Assembly (NCBI GenBank): GCA_965112735.1
Contig: OZ218954.1
Location: forward strand, 3,286,001-3,350,000
DNA from: Phaeosaccion multiseriatum
Lineage: Eukaryota; Protista; Ochrophyta, other classes
Length of the DNA stretch: 64,000 nucleotides
Direction: 5' to 3'
Of the stretch, positions 63,743 to 64,000 are shown piece by piece. Within the stretch, counting starts at the first letter, position 1; each line of letters opens with the position of its first letter. The notes under the pieces are model-generated. The model saw only the letters and a list, made by a program, of their open reading frames with translations, did not search any database and was not told the origin of the DNA. The position numbers were made by a program, and so were the translations under genes.

Positions 63743-64000
63743 GGAAAGAGGAATGGAAGGAGGAGTGGCAAAGCCAAAACTGTCCTTACTATCTCACTAC
63801 CTTTCATTGAGCTCAACTTGTACCCCGAGTGTGGGATGAGGAGGAGGAGGAGGAGGAGGAGGAGGAGGAGGAGGAGGAGGAGGAGGAGGAGGAGGAGGAG
63901 GAGGAGGAGGAGGAGGAGGAGGAGGATAGAGTTTTTTTTTGTGGTGTTGAGGTATCCGCGGCCGGACAAGAGGAGGGCGAGGAGGGAGAGGTGGTTGGTT

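Overview
Gene-dense, intron-rich eukaryotic DNA, most likely from a flagellated ochrophyte (photosynthetic stramenopile), judged from the helmchrome-type RGS/LOV gene and the beta-tubulin tail. Most six-frame ORFs are microsatellite artefacts, so genes were rebuilt by hand by joining GT-AG exons and checking phase. Left to right: dienelactone hydrolase (-, partial); MLO-family membrane protein fused to a four-EF-hand calmodulin-like domain (+); ankyrin/coiled-coil protein (+); coiled-coil protein (+); a compositionally atypical island (~17.05-20.4 kb) with a putative GIY-YIG-like gene carrying a tandemly duplicated exon; a small Cys-containing peptide; coiled-coil protein (-); MATCAP/DUF1704 metallocarboxypeptidase (+); mitochondrial acyl carrier protein (-); a catalytically degenerate CCR4/Angel-type EEP protein with an inserted FN3 domain (+); YIPF (-); EXO1 (+); helmchrome-type photoreceptor (-); beta-tubulin (-); ARPC2 (+, partial). 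The most striking unexplained signal is a dispersed 15-mer, CAGTTGGTGATACAG. It has 10 perfect and at least 8 one-mismatch copies on both strands, in introns, intergenic DNA and exons read in three different frames, and its orientation is tied to intron ends. A second motif, GATGGCAGTGGATGG, behaves similarly. No rRNA, tRNA or CRISPR array was found.
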